DNA of 64,000 bases from an uncultured delta proteobacterium (GTDB lineage: Bacteria > Myxococcota_A > Polyangia > Polyangiales > Polyangiaceae), in contig CAVOKF010000007.1 of the NCBI GenBank assembly GCA_963696385.1, positions 640,001 to 704,000 of the forward strand, given 5' to 3'. The notes under the pieces were generated by a model, which saw only the letters and a list, made by a program, of their open reading frames with translations, was not told the origin of the DNA and did not search any database. Within the stretch, counting starts at the first letter, position 1. Each line of letters opens with the position of its first letter. Made by a program: the position numbers and the translations under genes. Below are positions 52,999 through 62,864 of this stretch, piece after piece.

Positions 52999-53703
52999 CT
53001 ACCGCGGGATCCAGTGCGGAGCGGCCGACAGCAAGCCTCGCACGAAGACGAAGTCGTAGGCGAGGAAGGCACCGAACGCGACGCTCGCAAGCCCCGACGC
53101 GCCCGCCAGCCATCCCTGGATGCGATCGACGCGACGCGACGCGAACGAGAACGGCAGACCGAGAGCCGTGGTCAACACCATCATCCCGGCGATCGTGCCG
53201 ACGCCGAACACGATGAGGTAGGCGAGGCCCCAGCGCGCGTCGTGAATCGTTGCGAGGACCAGGAGTGCGACCGCCGCCGAGCCCGCCAGGCCATGCACGA
53301 CACCAATGAGCAGCGGTCGCCACCGAATGAGAGACCGTGGCGCCGTACGCCCTCGTGGCCTTCTCTCGAACGGTGACTCGCTGTCGTGCTGGACAGGATC
53401 GCGCCGATGAAGGCGTACCACCGCGCCCGAGAGGTTCATCGCGCCGAGCACAACCAGCATGATCGCCACCGTGAACTCCAGGCCGAGCCCGACGCGCGCC
53501 GGAATCACGACTTCGAACAGGACGATCGCCCCCCCGACGAACAAAAGCGTTGCCGTATGACCGAGCCCCCAGAGCGCGCCGATGAGCGAAGAGGTCCACA
53601 AACGGCGCTCGCGCACGACGATGGTCGTCACGGCGACGACATGGTCGGGATCGGTCGCGTGGCGCATCCCGAGCAGAAAGCCGAGCAACAGGATGGACAG
53701 CAC
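52999..53703 (-). CDS. HoxN/HupN/NixA (NiCoT) family Ni/Co permease
   Basis: LGMRHATDPDH signature, WGLGH, GVVHGLAGSAA, FGVGTIAGM. Confidence 0.92.
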   Translation of the reverse strand: MLSILLLGFLLGMRHATDPDHVVAVTTIVVRERRLWTSSLIGALWGLGHTATLLFVGGAIVLFEVVIPARVGLGLEFTVAIMLVVLGAMNLSGAVVRLHRRDPVQHDSESPFERRPRGRTAPRSLIRWRPLLIGVVHGLAGSAAVALLVLATIHDARWGLAYLIVFGVGTIAGMMVLTTALGLPFSFASRRVDRIQGWLAGASGLASVAFGAFLAYDFVFVRGLLSAAPHWIPR

Positions 53704-53737
53704 GAAGGACCTGCGAGCGGTGGCGTCGGGCCCCTTC

Positions 53738-53765
53738 GTAGCATGATATCCAGCATTCGTACTAC
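53738..53765. promoter_or_regulatory. NikR-like operator 3
   Basis: GTAGCAT-gatatccagcattc-GTACTAC, 35 bp upstream of the NiCoT start. Confidence 0.72.
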
Positions 53766-53937
53766 GACTTGATCGGGAGTGAATGCGCAAGCCGGCTCGG
53801 CATTTCACCCACGGGTCGCGCATCCTGGCCGACTCGTGGGACCCTGACGACCACGGTCGCCCGTCGCGGCGGTTGGCCGGATCGCGCCGAAAGGCTTCGC
53901 AGGGGCGGGACCGCTCGGCAAGGTCGGCGCACGCGAT

Positions 53938-55171
53938 CTAGGGTGAATCGCTGACTCCGCCGTCGCTTTCGCAGTAGAACCTCACGGGCTCTGCGGCATC
54001 GACGCACTCGGTGAGCTGCACGTCGGGGGCTTGCCCGCCGAGACACTGGTGTCCTTGCTCTATCTCTCCGCGTGCTTCGATGCCCACGAGCGCACCGCTC
54101 TGCGGGTCGTAGTAATAAAAGACGGACGTATCCGTGGCGCCGACGACGGCGATGTCGAAGCCCTCGCAGTCGGTGGCGTAAGCGAGTTCGGCATAAGGGA
54201 ACTTCGAACACCAGGTCGAGGGCTGCGTCGCAATGGACCACTCGGCGACGCACGAGAACCCGCCAATGAATGACAAGGACCCCCTAGCGCCAGCGTCCGC
54301 GCAGGCCTCTTGGATGGAGGGACAGGACTCCGCCTCGGCCGACGCGTCGCCGCCCGTGTCGGAGGTGGATGCGTCGGCGCTCGCGTCCGTCGTCGCGTCG
54401 GACGAATAGGCGCTCGCGTCCGCGGGAATCCCGGAGCACGCGCCGCTTCCGACTTCGCCGACGATGGCGTAGCCACCCTGCGACACGGTCGCTTGCATGA
54501 AGCCCGCGTTCACGTAGCTGCTCGAAAGGGGCGCGAGCGTGCACGGGTCCGACGACGAGGACCAGAAGACGGCCAGGCTGGCCGCCGTTGCCGACGAACC
54601 AGGTGCGGCTCCCGTCGGGCCGGCGCTGACGCTGACTCCGCTCGCATTGCTGAAAGGAATGGTCAGGCTCGCCGGCTCGGACAAGATCGAAATCGATCGG
54701 ATCGATCCGATAGACGGGCGACCAGTCTGCGAAGCCATCGGGAGGCGCCATGGCCGTCTCGGTCACCGTGATCGTCGTGTCCGACGCGACGGCGCCCGGC
54801 GGCACCCGGAGCGAGAAGGGGACGCCGGAGACGATGCCTTGCTGGCCCTCGATCGTCACGGTTCCGCCGGACGGCCCGATTGTAGCCGACGCGGTCTCGT
54901 TCACTCCGCGCGGGCACTCGACGGCTTCGGTTGGCCCCGGTCGACGGGTGCACAAGCAGGTCGCTTCCGCGGGTGACCCGCTCGCGTCGCCACCATCGGG
55001 AACGTCGACGACCAAGGTGGTGCATTGCGGGCCGCCAAGAGCGTCCGAGGCCGGACCGGCGTCTTGCGGTCCGACGTCGAGAAGCGCCCCCCGACAGGCG
55101 CTGGCAAGCAACAGCAAGAGGAGCGCCGCTTGGTCGGTCGAAGGACGGCGTACGAGAATCTTGGGACTCAT
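53938..55171 (-). CDS. Cys-rich lipoprotein with ZU5-like domain, frameshifted near 54683
   Basis: lipobox ASAC, IGPSGGTV..LRVPPGAV..ITV..SPVYRIDP; continues SEPASLTIPF in ORF 53938..54738. Confidence 0.65.
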
Positions 55172-55334
55172 GTGGGGCTCGATCGGCGCTGGCGCGTTTT
55201 GAGGTCTCGAGGAGAACTTGGGACGACCGACTCGCTTTTATGATCGCGCAAGCGCGGGTCGAGAAAGCGGATGACCCGCGGATGACCGTTGAGGCCCTTG
55301 CATCGATGGCTCGCCGTACGTTCTTCTCCGGCCG

Positions 55335-56453
55335 GTGCCGAACCGCTTTGCCCGAGGTCGCGTCTGGGTGACCGCGTGCGTGGTCACCTCTCTGATGACA
55401 TGGGCCCTCGGTGTGCGCGCCGGCCCATCCGCACGCCTTGTGTACGCGCGCGCCGAGAGTGCGCAGTCGTGTCCGGACGAGGAAGCCGTTCATAGGGCCG
55501 TCGTGACGCGTCTCGGATACGACCCGTTCGTGCTCTGGGCGCCGACGACCCTCGTCGTCGACGTGTCTCGCAGCGGCGATCGATTCGTCGCCGTCGTGCG
55601 CCTCCTCGATGTGCACGGCATGGAACAAGGTATTCGCCGCTTGACGACGCGCCGCGATCAATGTGCCGATCTCGTGGGAGCCCTCGCGCTCACGATCAGC
55701 ATCGTCATCGATCCCTTCAGTGCCGCGTCGACGCGGCCGCCGTCCGACGCGCCTTCGAGTGCGTCTTCCACCTTGCCGCCTGCAGGGGCGGCCAATACGG
55801 CCGACTCTTCGTCGGCCGTCGGGGACGCGGCCGCTGCTCCGCGCGCTTCCGGCGAGCAAGCCGCGCCGACGAGCGACGTGGCCCAGGTTCCGACGCCCCG
55901 GCCCGTGGACGCTTCTGCTCAGGCGCCCCTCGGACGATTGGACGAGCGCCCCTCGTCCGTCTCCGAATCGCTCCGGGGGTTTATCGGCGTGGCCGCGTTT
56001 GGCGGGCTTGGTTTCGCTCCCTCACCGACAGCGGGAGCGGGCGCGGTCCTGGGCGCCCGCTGGCGTGATTTTTCGCTCGAGATCGACGGAGCGGCGACAC
56101 TGGCCGGAGCGCGCAAGACCGACTCCGGTACGGTTCGGGCGTGGTCGGTCATCGCCGAGGCGGCCGCGTGCATCTCGTTCCGCGTGGCGTTTGCCTGCGG
56201 CATCGCGGCCGCCGAACGCATCGACGCTTGGGCCGACATTCCGCAATCGCGGAGCCGGGCCGCCACCGACGGGCTCCTTGGCGGTCGCCTGGGTCTGGAG
56301 GTTCCGCTCCCTCACGGTCCGGCCCTTCGAGGGTTTGGCGAACTGCTCGGGCGTCCCGCGCGCGCGACGATCGTCGACGGGCCGGCCACCTACTTCTTCC
56401 CACCTGTAGCCGCCTCGGCCGGGCTCGCAGCCGTATTTCGCTTTGGGTCATAA
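55335..56453 (+). CDS. exported hypothetical protein associated with an ECF sigma cassette
   Basis: signal peptide, AQSCPDE..RLGYDPF, C-terminal beta-rich region; TAATG coupling to the sigma gene. Confidence 0.7.
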   Translation: MPNRFARGRVWVTACVVTSLMTWALGVRAGPSARLVYARAESAQSCPDEEAVHRAVVTRLGYDPFVLWAPTTLVVDVSRSGDRFVAVVRLLDVHGMEQGIRRLTTRRDQCADLVGALALTISIVIDPFSAASTRPPSDAPSSASSTLPPAGAANTADSSSAVGDAAAAPRASGEQAAPTSDVAQVPTPRPVDASAQAPLGRLDERPSSVSESLRGFIGVAAFGGLGFAPSPTAGAGAVLGARWRDFSLEIDGAATLAGARKTDSGTVRAWSVIAEAAACISFRVAFACGIAAAERIDAWADIPQSRSRAATDGLLGGRLGLEVPLPHGPALRGFGELLGRPARATIVDGPATYFFPPVAASAGLAAVFRFGS

Positions 56454-57019
56454 TGCGGACGACGTCGTCCCAAGTTTCTTCGATGCCTTCGGGCGGCGCA
56501 CGGCACACCGTGTCCGGCAGTACCGACTTCCGCGACGTCTTCGACGGTGAATTCGCCTACGTCTGGACCTCGCTTCGTCGCCTCGGCGTCGCACCACGCG
56601 ACCTTGAAGACGTGACGCACGATGTACTCTTCGAAGTCTTTCGCAACCTCGACCGCTACGATTCGGCGCGGCCACTGCGTCCATGGCTCTTTGCGTTCGC
56701 GTTTCGGTTCGCTTCCGACTATCGCCGCAGCGCGCGGAATCGACTCGAAGTCTATGGGGCTTCCATCGAGCCAACGACCGCACCCCAAGGCGAAGAAGCT
56801 GTCGCGGCGCGGGAGTCGAGAGCGCTCGTCGCGGCGGCGCTCGAGCACGTGGACTTGGCGCGACGTGCGGTCTTCATCCTGCATGACATCGAGGAGTGGT
56901 CGATGCGCGAAATCGCAGAGTGTCTCGGCGTCCCTCTACAGACTGCCTACTCTCGCCTGCACACGGCACGCACCGAATTCATAGCCGCTGCGCGAAATCT
57001 CCAGCGAGGGGGCCCATGA
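56453..57019 (+). CDS. ECF RNA polymerase sigma factor
   Basis: VWTSLRRLGV..DLEDVTHDV, RPWLF, RAVFILHDIE, EIAECLGVP..AYSRLH. Confidence 0.92.
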   Translation: MRTTSSQVSSMPSGGARHTVSGSTDFRDVFDGEFAYVWTSLRRLGVAPRDLEDVTHDVLFEVFRNLDRYDSARPLRPWLFAFAFRFASDYRRSARNRLEVYGASIEPTTAPQGEEAVAARESRALVAAALEHVDLARRAVFILHDIEEWSMREIAECLGVPLQTAYSRLHTARTEFIAAARNLQRGGP

Positions 57020-57780
57020 CGACCAAACCTCCGCCGCTCGATCCGGCAACACGCGGTCTTCTCGAGGCCGAGCGTCATGCCGTCTCGGCCCCGCTCGACG
57101 CCAAGGCGCGCGCTCTTAGCCGCCTGCTCGCTACGATCGCCGAGGTGAACGTCGCGGCCGCTCGCTCCAGCGAAGGGCCGCCTGCCCGTGCGCGCTCCCT
57201 GAACACCCGGGCATCGCCATCGGGCGCGTCGGCGAGCGGAACTTCAGCCTGGCGAGCCGCATGGGTGGCGCGGCCCCTGCCTCTCGTCGTCGCGTTTGGT
57301 CTCGGGGCCGCCGCGGGCGTCGGCGCTTGGAGCTCATGGCACCCGCGAGTCCCCGTCAGCCTGGCCCGACCGACGTCGTCAGCACCTGAGATCGCGAGTC
57401 GCGTGTCGTCGATTCCTTCCCAATCCGGTAACGCGCCGTCGCTCGAGGTCACACCTCCTGCGGGCTCGGGGCCTCGCGGCGAAGCGCGCAGCGATCGCCT
57501 GGCCGGCGACAGCCTCGCCGAAGAACGCCGTCTGCTCGATCTGGCACGCGCCGATCTGGCTCGCGGCGAAGGAGACGAAGTGCTCGCTACGCTTGGCCGT
57601 CACGAAGCGTTGTTTCGAAACGGCCAGCTCGCCGAAGAGCGTGAGGCGATCGCAATCAAGGCGCTCCTTCTGCTCGGACGCAACAGTGAGGCGCGATCGC
57701 GCGTCGTACGCTTTCGCCAACGCTACCCCCACAGCGTGATGCTGCCCGCCATCGACGCCGCGATGTCGGCGGCGAAATGA
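57016..57780 (+). CDS. putative anti-sigma factor
   Basis: ATGA overlap, one TM segment, SLAEERRLLD..LAEERE helical C-terminal domain. Confidence 0.75.
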   Translation: MTTKPPPLDPATRGLLEAERHAVSAPLDAKARALSRLLATIAEVNVAAARSSEGPPARARSLNTRASPSGASASGTSAWRAAWVARPLPLVVAFGLGAAAGVGAWSSWHPRVPVSLARPTSSAPEIASRVSSIPSQSGNAPSLEVTPPAGSGPRGEARSDRLAGDSLAEERRLLDLARADLARGEGDEVLATLGRHEALFRNGQLAEEREAIAIKALLLLGRNSEARSRVVRFRQRYPHSVMLPAIDAAMSAAK

Positions 57781-57894
57781 ACGACCGTTGTCTACGGTGA
57801 GGGCCAGAGGTCGGACCGCGGCCGTCCCGGGCCCCCATTCAGCGAGGCTCCGGCGCCTCACGACCCAACGCGGGGCGGGTTCGCAAGGGGGCCG

Positions 57895-57910
57895 TGGCAC
57901 GCAAAGTGCT
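57895..57910 (+). promoter_or_regulatory. sigma54 promoter
   Basis: TGGCACGcaaaGTGCT (GG-N10-GC) about 70 bp upstream of 57979. Confidence 0.65.
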
Positions 57911-57978
57911 TCGCCCTGGGTACGACGGGCGCTTGGGCGCCTTCGAAAACCAAGGATTCGTAATTCAGAGAGGTCATC

Positions 57979-58128
57979 ATGCTTTGGACAGTCGCCGTCG
58001 TGTTTCTCGTTTTGTGGGCGATGGGCTTCCTCGCGTTCCACGTCACCAGCGGCCTCATCCACCTGCTGCTGCTCGCCGCCGTCATCGTGGTGGTCTTGCA
58101 GTTGGTTTCCGGTCGGCGCACCGCCTGA
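57979..58128 (+). CDS. lmo0937-family small membrane protein (49 aa, not in the ORF track)
   Basis: GAGG RBS; MLWTVAVVFLVLWAMGFLAFHVTSGLIHLLLLAAVIVVVLQLVSGRRTA. Confidence 0.88.
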   Translation: MLWTVAVVFLVLWAMGFLAFHVTSGLIHLLLLAAVIVVVLQLVSGRRTA

Positions 58129-58194
58129 TCCAGGTCTCGAGCGCGCTCGGCTCCGGAAGCCGCTTTTGCGTCTACTTCCGCTCGCGGAGGCGTC

Positions 58195-58428
58195 ATGAAG
58201 GCCGAATCGAGTCAGGACGGCGAGGAGAGCTGGGGGTCGTGCCGCGGAGCGCGCATCTTGGTCGTCGACGACGACCCCGACATGCGTGCACTTCTGGCTT
58301 CTCGTTTAGAGAAGGTGGGGTGCGTCGCTCGCGAGGCGGCCTCCGGCCTGGAAGCCCAAGGCATTCTCGCTTCGAGCGATCCGGCCTACCCCGACCGCGA
58401 TCCCCCCCGATCGCGATTCGGGTACCTC
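58195..58428 (+). pseudogene. truncated response-regulator receiver fragment
   Basis: RILVVDDDPDMR..EAASGLEA, then loses similarity and runs into the convergent gene. Confidence 0.5.
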
Positions 58429-59103
58429 CTAAAACAGGATGTCGGCGTGGCCGCCCAAGGCGAGCCACTGGATCGCGTAGGGCTGTGCATCAATGCTCGC
58501 GTATTCGATATGCGCACCGATGCCGAGATGCGGGATGAAATGGAAGTCCAGAGCGCCGCCCACGTCGAACGCGAAGCCTGACGCACCCTGCACGTCCGGA
58601 TCGCCGGTGATCTGCCAGCCGTAGCCCAGGTGTGCATAGACCACCGGCTGGACGAGTTGGCCGAAGGCCAAACGCGCCCCGGCAAACACGCGGTGCAGGT
58701 CCCAGTCGTACGCGTCGCCGACGTCGTCCGTCGCGAAGAGGTGCTCATAGCCGTAGCCAATCTCGGGCGTGATGCGCAGCCACCGACGCAAACGGATCTG
58801 CTCGCCTGCCCGAAATTTGAAGCCGCCACCGCCATTCAGCGTGTTTCCGTCGGAGAACTGCGGGACGTTCAGCGGAACGGCCCCTTCGACGTCCACGGCA
58901 AGCATAAGTGCGTAGGGAGGTTCGCGGTACCCGTAATAGTAGTAGCGAGGGGGCGGTGGCGGCGGTCCGGGGGGCGGGCCGTAGACGTAGACAGCCTGGG
59001 CTTGAGCCGGGCGCGAAATCGCGAAGGAAGAGCATGCAAGAATCAACGCCGCGAGAAACGGAAGCGCACGACGGACGGAGCACAAATATCGCAAGGGACG
59101 CAT
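58429..59103 (-). CDS. outer-membrane beta-barrel protein (OmpA/porin-like 8-stranded)
   Basis: AGGAGG RBS, signal peptide, Pro/Tyr linker, amphipathic strands, terminal F. Confidence 0.75.
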   Translation of the reverse strand: MRPLRYLCSVRRALPFLAALILACSSFAISRPAQAQAVYVYGPPPGPPPPPPRYYYYGYREPPYALMLAVDVEGAVPLNVPQFSDGNTLNGGGGFKFRAGEQIRLRRWLRITPEIGYGYEHLFATDDVGDAYDWDLHRVFAGARLAFGQLVQPVVYAHLGYGWQITGDPDVQGASGFAFDVGGALDFHFIPHLGIGAHIEYASIDAQPYAIQWLALGGHADILF

Positions 59104-59135
59104 GGCAAGGACACCTCCTGGGTGTGGTTGGGCGT

Positions 59136-59151
59136 TGCAACTGGCATTCCG
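59136..59151 (-). promoter_or_regulatory. sigma54 promoter
   Basis: minus strand CGGAATGCCAGTTGCA (GG-N10-GC). Confidence 0.5.
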
Positions 59152-59669
59152 GCCCGAAAACCAAGATCGACGCGCAACAGCGACGAGCTCGCAGGCCGGG
59201 GCCACCATACCCGACCTAGCTGAGCCGCACGTTCCACTGCTAGCGGAAATTAAAAGGGATAGGCGCATCCCGGGACGGCGATAACCAAGGTTCACTCCTT
59301 TCGCTTCGGTCCCTCCGAGAACCACCCCGTGCTCGCGCCCACCGTTGGCCCGGCTCGGGTGGTCGGCGGCTCGTAGTCGGCTTCCTCGGCCCTGATGACG
59401 AGAGCCACATGATGGTCGCCGTGCTCGTCGACCCGATGCTGGAGCCGCTCGGGTGCAACAAACCCGTGCTTCCAGAGCGTCCGGCGCAGACCGGCAACCA
59501 ACCGAAGCATGGCAACGCGCATACCTGAACGTTTGTATCGTTATCGCCGTGCGTCAAGCGCGCCGGATTCGCGCCATGGCGCCCCACCTCTCGTCCGGAC
59601 CGAGGGCCGTCCGACGCAGCCGAAAATCGGGCCGGCGGTCACCGACCGTCCTAGTGGTACACGTCCCGG

Positions 59670-59873
59670 ATGCGCGCTCTCTTACTCTGGACCGTGGTCC
59701 TCTCGGGGTGTCCGGCCGGCCCGTCCGGCGGCTCAAAGAGCAACGAGCCGGTGACGACCTGCGCGATCGTCGGTCAATCCTGCCTCTTCGCACCCGGAAA
59801 ACTCGGCCTTTGTGTCGAGCGCACTGGGCCCTGCGAAGGCAGCGGATGCATCATTTGCCAATCGCAGCACTGA
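59670..59873 (+). CDS. small Cys-rich lipoprotein
   Basis: lipobox LSGC plus 6 Cys in 67 aa. Confidence 0.7.
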   Translation: MRALLLWTVVLSGCPAGPSGGSKSNEPVTTCAIVGQSCLFAPGKLGLCVERTGPCEGSGCIICQSQH

Positions 59874-59904
59874 ACCGTCGAACCCTCACTCAGGTGAAAC
59901 GCCA

Positions 59905-60780
59905 ATGCTCATGTTCAAAAAGCCATTACGCCTGGCCGCCTCAATTCTGGGGGCAAGCGCGTTCACCGGGATCGCGGCGTGCTCCACGCGCGAAACCCGT
60001 GAGACCGGCAGCAGCACCGCGCGACCCTCGAGCCGATCCAGCGGATCGACAGCCACTGCCCGGATCGGCCCAGACAGCGGGAGCATCCGCCCGGTAAGCG
60101 CGGGCCTGGATGAGGCCACGCGTGCGAGGCGCCTGATCGACGACCAGTCGGCGACGACGGGATCGCGGATCACGATGACGGCCCTGGCCGTGCCGCGCGG
60201 AGCCCGACTGGGCTCCTGGTACACGTACGGATCGAATGCGGCTGCCGGCGCCGCGATCACCCCTGCGCCAGGCGCCCCGTTCGAATTCACCACGTTCGAC
60301 TCGGGTCCATTTCCGCACGCGGCGTGCGTGCGATCGCCGGGCTTCGTCGGACTCTTCGCGGGGGAAGGGTTCACCTTCGCTACGATGATCGGCAACGCGG
60401 CCCGTCCTGCGGGCGTTCCGCTCGATATCCACGCGTTCACGGGCTTGACGTTTTGGGCGATGAGCACCCTGCGTACCTGGCTTCGCGTCCGAATCCAGGA
60501 TCACCAAACCGACGGTCTTGACCCCACCGCGATTTGTCACCATCCGGATGCGGGAGGACCCTGCGACGACGACCTTTCGGCCGACAACGTGCCCCTCGGC
60601 AGCGCGTGGAGTCAGATTCTCGTGCCCTTCACGGACCTCACGCAGAATAATCTCGGAGCGCCATTTCCGGAGCTCGACGTCAAACACGTGTTTGGCGTCC
60701 GGTTCGAAGTCGAGGGATCGGCGGACGGCGGCGGCATGCCGTTCGAGTTCTGCGTGGCGCAGATCGCCTTCACTCAGTAG
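59905..60780 (+). CDS. lipoprotein with galactose-binding-like (CBM11/CIA30-like) domain
   Basis: lipobox IAAC, DIHAFTGLTFWA, WSQILVPFTDLTQ, FEFCVAQIAF. Confidence 0.65.
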   Translation: MLMFKKPLRLAASILGASAFTGIAACSTRETRETGSSTARPSSRSSGSTATARIGPDSGSIRPVSAGLDEATRARRLIDDQSATTGSRITMTALAVPRGARLGSWYTYGSNAAAGAAITPAPGAPFEFTTFDSGPFPHAACVRSPGFVGLFAGEGFTFATMIGNAARPAGVPLDIHAFTGLTFWAMSTLRTWLRVRIQDHQTDGLDPTAICHHPDAGGPCDDDLSADNVPLGSAWSQILVPFTDLTQNNLGAPFPELDVKHVFGVRFEVEGSADGGGMPFEFCVAQIAFTQ

Positions 60781-60816
60781 CCGGACAGCGATCCGGCGAC
60801 TAGGGTCGGTAGCCGA

Positions 60817-62349
60817 TTGACGCGGCTATGGCAGCACGAACGGGCCCCCCGGCCGGCCGGAGGGATCGCGCCCGTGCACGTCGCGCTCGTCGATGGGATC
60901 CGGGGCCGTCGCACGGTCGGCGGCGCCCTCGTTGCCCTGGCCGCCTTGCTTGGCACCGTCACGGCGTCGGCGCGCGATTCCGACGCGGGCTTGCCCGCCC
61001 CGCCCGATCCGGATGGGCAGGCGCCGGCCGACGCCTCGGCGAAGCCGCCGGTCGCCGCACCGGAACCCTCGTCGCCCGTTCCGACTCCTCCTCGCGCGAC
61101 CGTCTCCCCAGGGAACCCCAGCCCCGAGGCGCCCCATGTACCGCGGGCGACACGCGACACCGTCGACTACGTCACCCGACGCTACGAACCCGCGGGTTTC
61201 CCGCTCATCGGCGGCGACAGCGACATCGGCTTCCAGTTCGGAGCCGTCGGAACGCTGTCGTATTTCGCAAACGGCGTCCACCCCTACCAGTGGAACATGG
61301 ATCTTCTGCTCTCGGCGAGCGTCAAACAGGGGCCGAATGGAGCCGAGATCGCCCAGCAGAGCTACCTCTGGCAGGTGGATGTTCCGAGCCTCTATGGAGG
61401 GATCCTGCGGCTCAACCCCGAGGTCTCGTACAATCACACGATCAACTATGGGTACTTCGGACTTGGCAATGCCTCGAGCGGCGCTCCACCGCCCCCTTCG
61501 AATCCAAACCCGGACCGGTACCACGAATGGATTGAATCGATCGCACAACTCCGATCTTCGGCGCGAGTGGCGATCCGAGGCCCTCTGTCCGCCCTTTTTG
61601 CGGTCCAATACCTGTACGTGGGTCCGGGCATCTACGCGGACAGCGTGCTCATGCGGGACGCCACGGCGCCCCCCAAGCCGGGCGGCGCGCCCTTCATCTA
61701 CGGGACCCGGCCTCTCAGTCTGCCGTCGATCGCCGGCGGATTCGTTTACGACTCACGAGACAACGAGGTCTTTGCACGCAAAGGGATGCTGCACGAAATC
61801 GGCGTCCGTCTGGAGCAGGGCATTCCCTTCGACGCCGACGTGCGCTACGCGGAGGCTGGTGCGATCCTGCGCGGCTTCGTTCCGCTGGGCGGACCGTTCG
61901 TCGCCGCGGGGCGACTCGTCGCGAATTTTCAATTCGGCAATGTTCCCTTTTACGATTTATTTCAGGCGGGCCCGTTCGATCAAAAGGAAATGCCCGGGGG
62001 ATCTGCGGGGATTCGGGGAGTGCCGGTAGGACGCTACCTCGGACCGATCAAGATCATCGGCAACGTCGAGCTCCGCGCGCTGCTCATGCAATTCACGGTC
62101 TTGAAGCAGAAATTCACGATCGGCAACGACGTCTTTTTCGACACGGGCCGCGTCTGGAGTGACTATTCGTTTCACTCGCCTCTCGACGGGCACGGCGTGG
62201 GGCTCAAGTACGGCGTGGGTGGAGGCATTTACGTTCTGTGGGGGCAAGCCGCGATGCTCCGGATCGAGGCCGGATACTCGCCTGACGCCGTCTCCGAAAA
62301 CCCCACCCTTCCCGTCGGGATCTACGTCAATGACCAGACGATGTTCTGA
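60817..62349 (+). CDS. BamA/TamA (Omp85) family outer-membrane protein
   Basis: GDSDIGFQFG, YFGLGN, YDSRDNE, IRGVPVGRY, NVELR, FFDTGRVW, GVGGG; start uncertain. Confidence 0.8.
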   Translation: MTRLWQHERAPRPAGGIAPVHVALVDGIRGRRTVGGALVALAALLGTVTASARDSDAGLPAPPDPDGQAPADASAKPPVAAPEPSSPVPTPPRATVSPGNPSPEAPHVPRATRDTVDYVTRRYEPAGFPLIGGDSDIGFQFGAVGTLSYFANGVHPYQWNMDLLLSASVKQGPNGAEIAQQSYLWQVDVPSLYGGILRLNPEVSYNHTINYGYFGLGNASSGAPPPPSNPNPDRYHEWIESIAQLRSSARVAIRGPLSALFAVQYLYVGPGIYADSVLMRDATAPPKPGGAPFIYGTRPLSLPSIAGGFVYDSRDNEVFARKGMLHEIGVRLEQGIPFDADVRYAEAGAILRGFVPLGGPFVAAGRLVANFQFGNVPFYDLFQAGPFDQKEMPGGSAGIRGVPVGRYLGPIKIIGNVELRALLMQFTVLKQKFTIGNDVFFDTGRVWSDYSFHSPLDGHGVGLKYGVGGGIYVLWGQAAMLRIEAGYSPDAVSENPTLPVGIYVNDQTMF

Positions 62350-62378
62350 AGACTCTCGCTGCGGCGAGTGCTGTACCG

Positions 62379-62864
62379 TCAACCCGCGTCCGATCCCTCG
62401 ACGTCTTCCAGGGCGACGAGCGCCTCTTCGAGCGCCGGAATGACGGCGAGATCTTTCTTCCGTCCGGCAGCGCGTTTGCTTGCCAGGATCCGCCTTAGCC
62501 CGAGGACGCGTAGCGGGACGCCGTCGACCACGAAATCGGAGGTGTTTTCAAGCTCGGCCGCGAAGCTGCCCAGACCGTGCATGTGGGTCACGACGTCCAG
62601 ACGATCTCCGATCGAATCGCCGCCGATTTGAGGCGGCCTCATGCCGAAGGAACCCGAGGTCCAGATGCCCCCCGCTTCGCGAACGGCTTGCTCGATCCGA
62701 GCGTCGGACACGTCCTCGAACCACAAGTCGATATCTCGCGTCGCCGTGTTGGCACCCTGAAGAACCGCCGCACTCAAGCCGACGAGCATGAAGCGCACGC
62801 CGCGGCGGTTCAGAGCTTGGAGCAGCGTCTTCTCAGGTTCGGTGAAGACTGAAGAGTCGTCCAT
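62379..62864 (-). CDS. nucleotidyltransferase-fold protein (DUF6036-like)
   Basis: FMLVGLSAAVLQG..ATRDIDLW, ILASKRAAGRKKD. Confidence 0.8.
   Translation of the reverse strand: MDDSSVFTEPEKTLLQALNRRGVRFMLVGLSAAVLQGANTATRDIDLWFEDVSDARIEQAVREAGGIWTSGSFGMRPPQIGGDSIGDRLDVVTHMHGLGSFAAELENTSDFVVDGVPLRVLGLRRILASKRAAGRKKDLAVIPALEEALVALEDVEGSDAG

Noticed and set aside
59292..59522. 76-aa minus-strand ORF
   Set aside because: No recognisable motif or clear RBS; it cannot be supported
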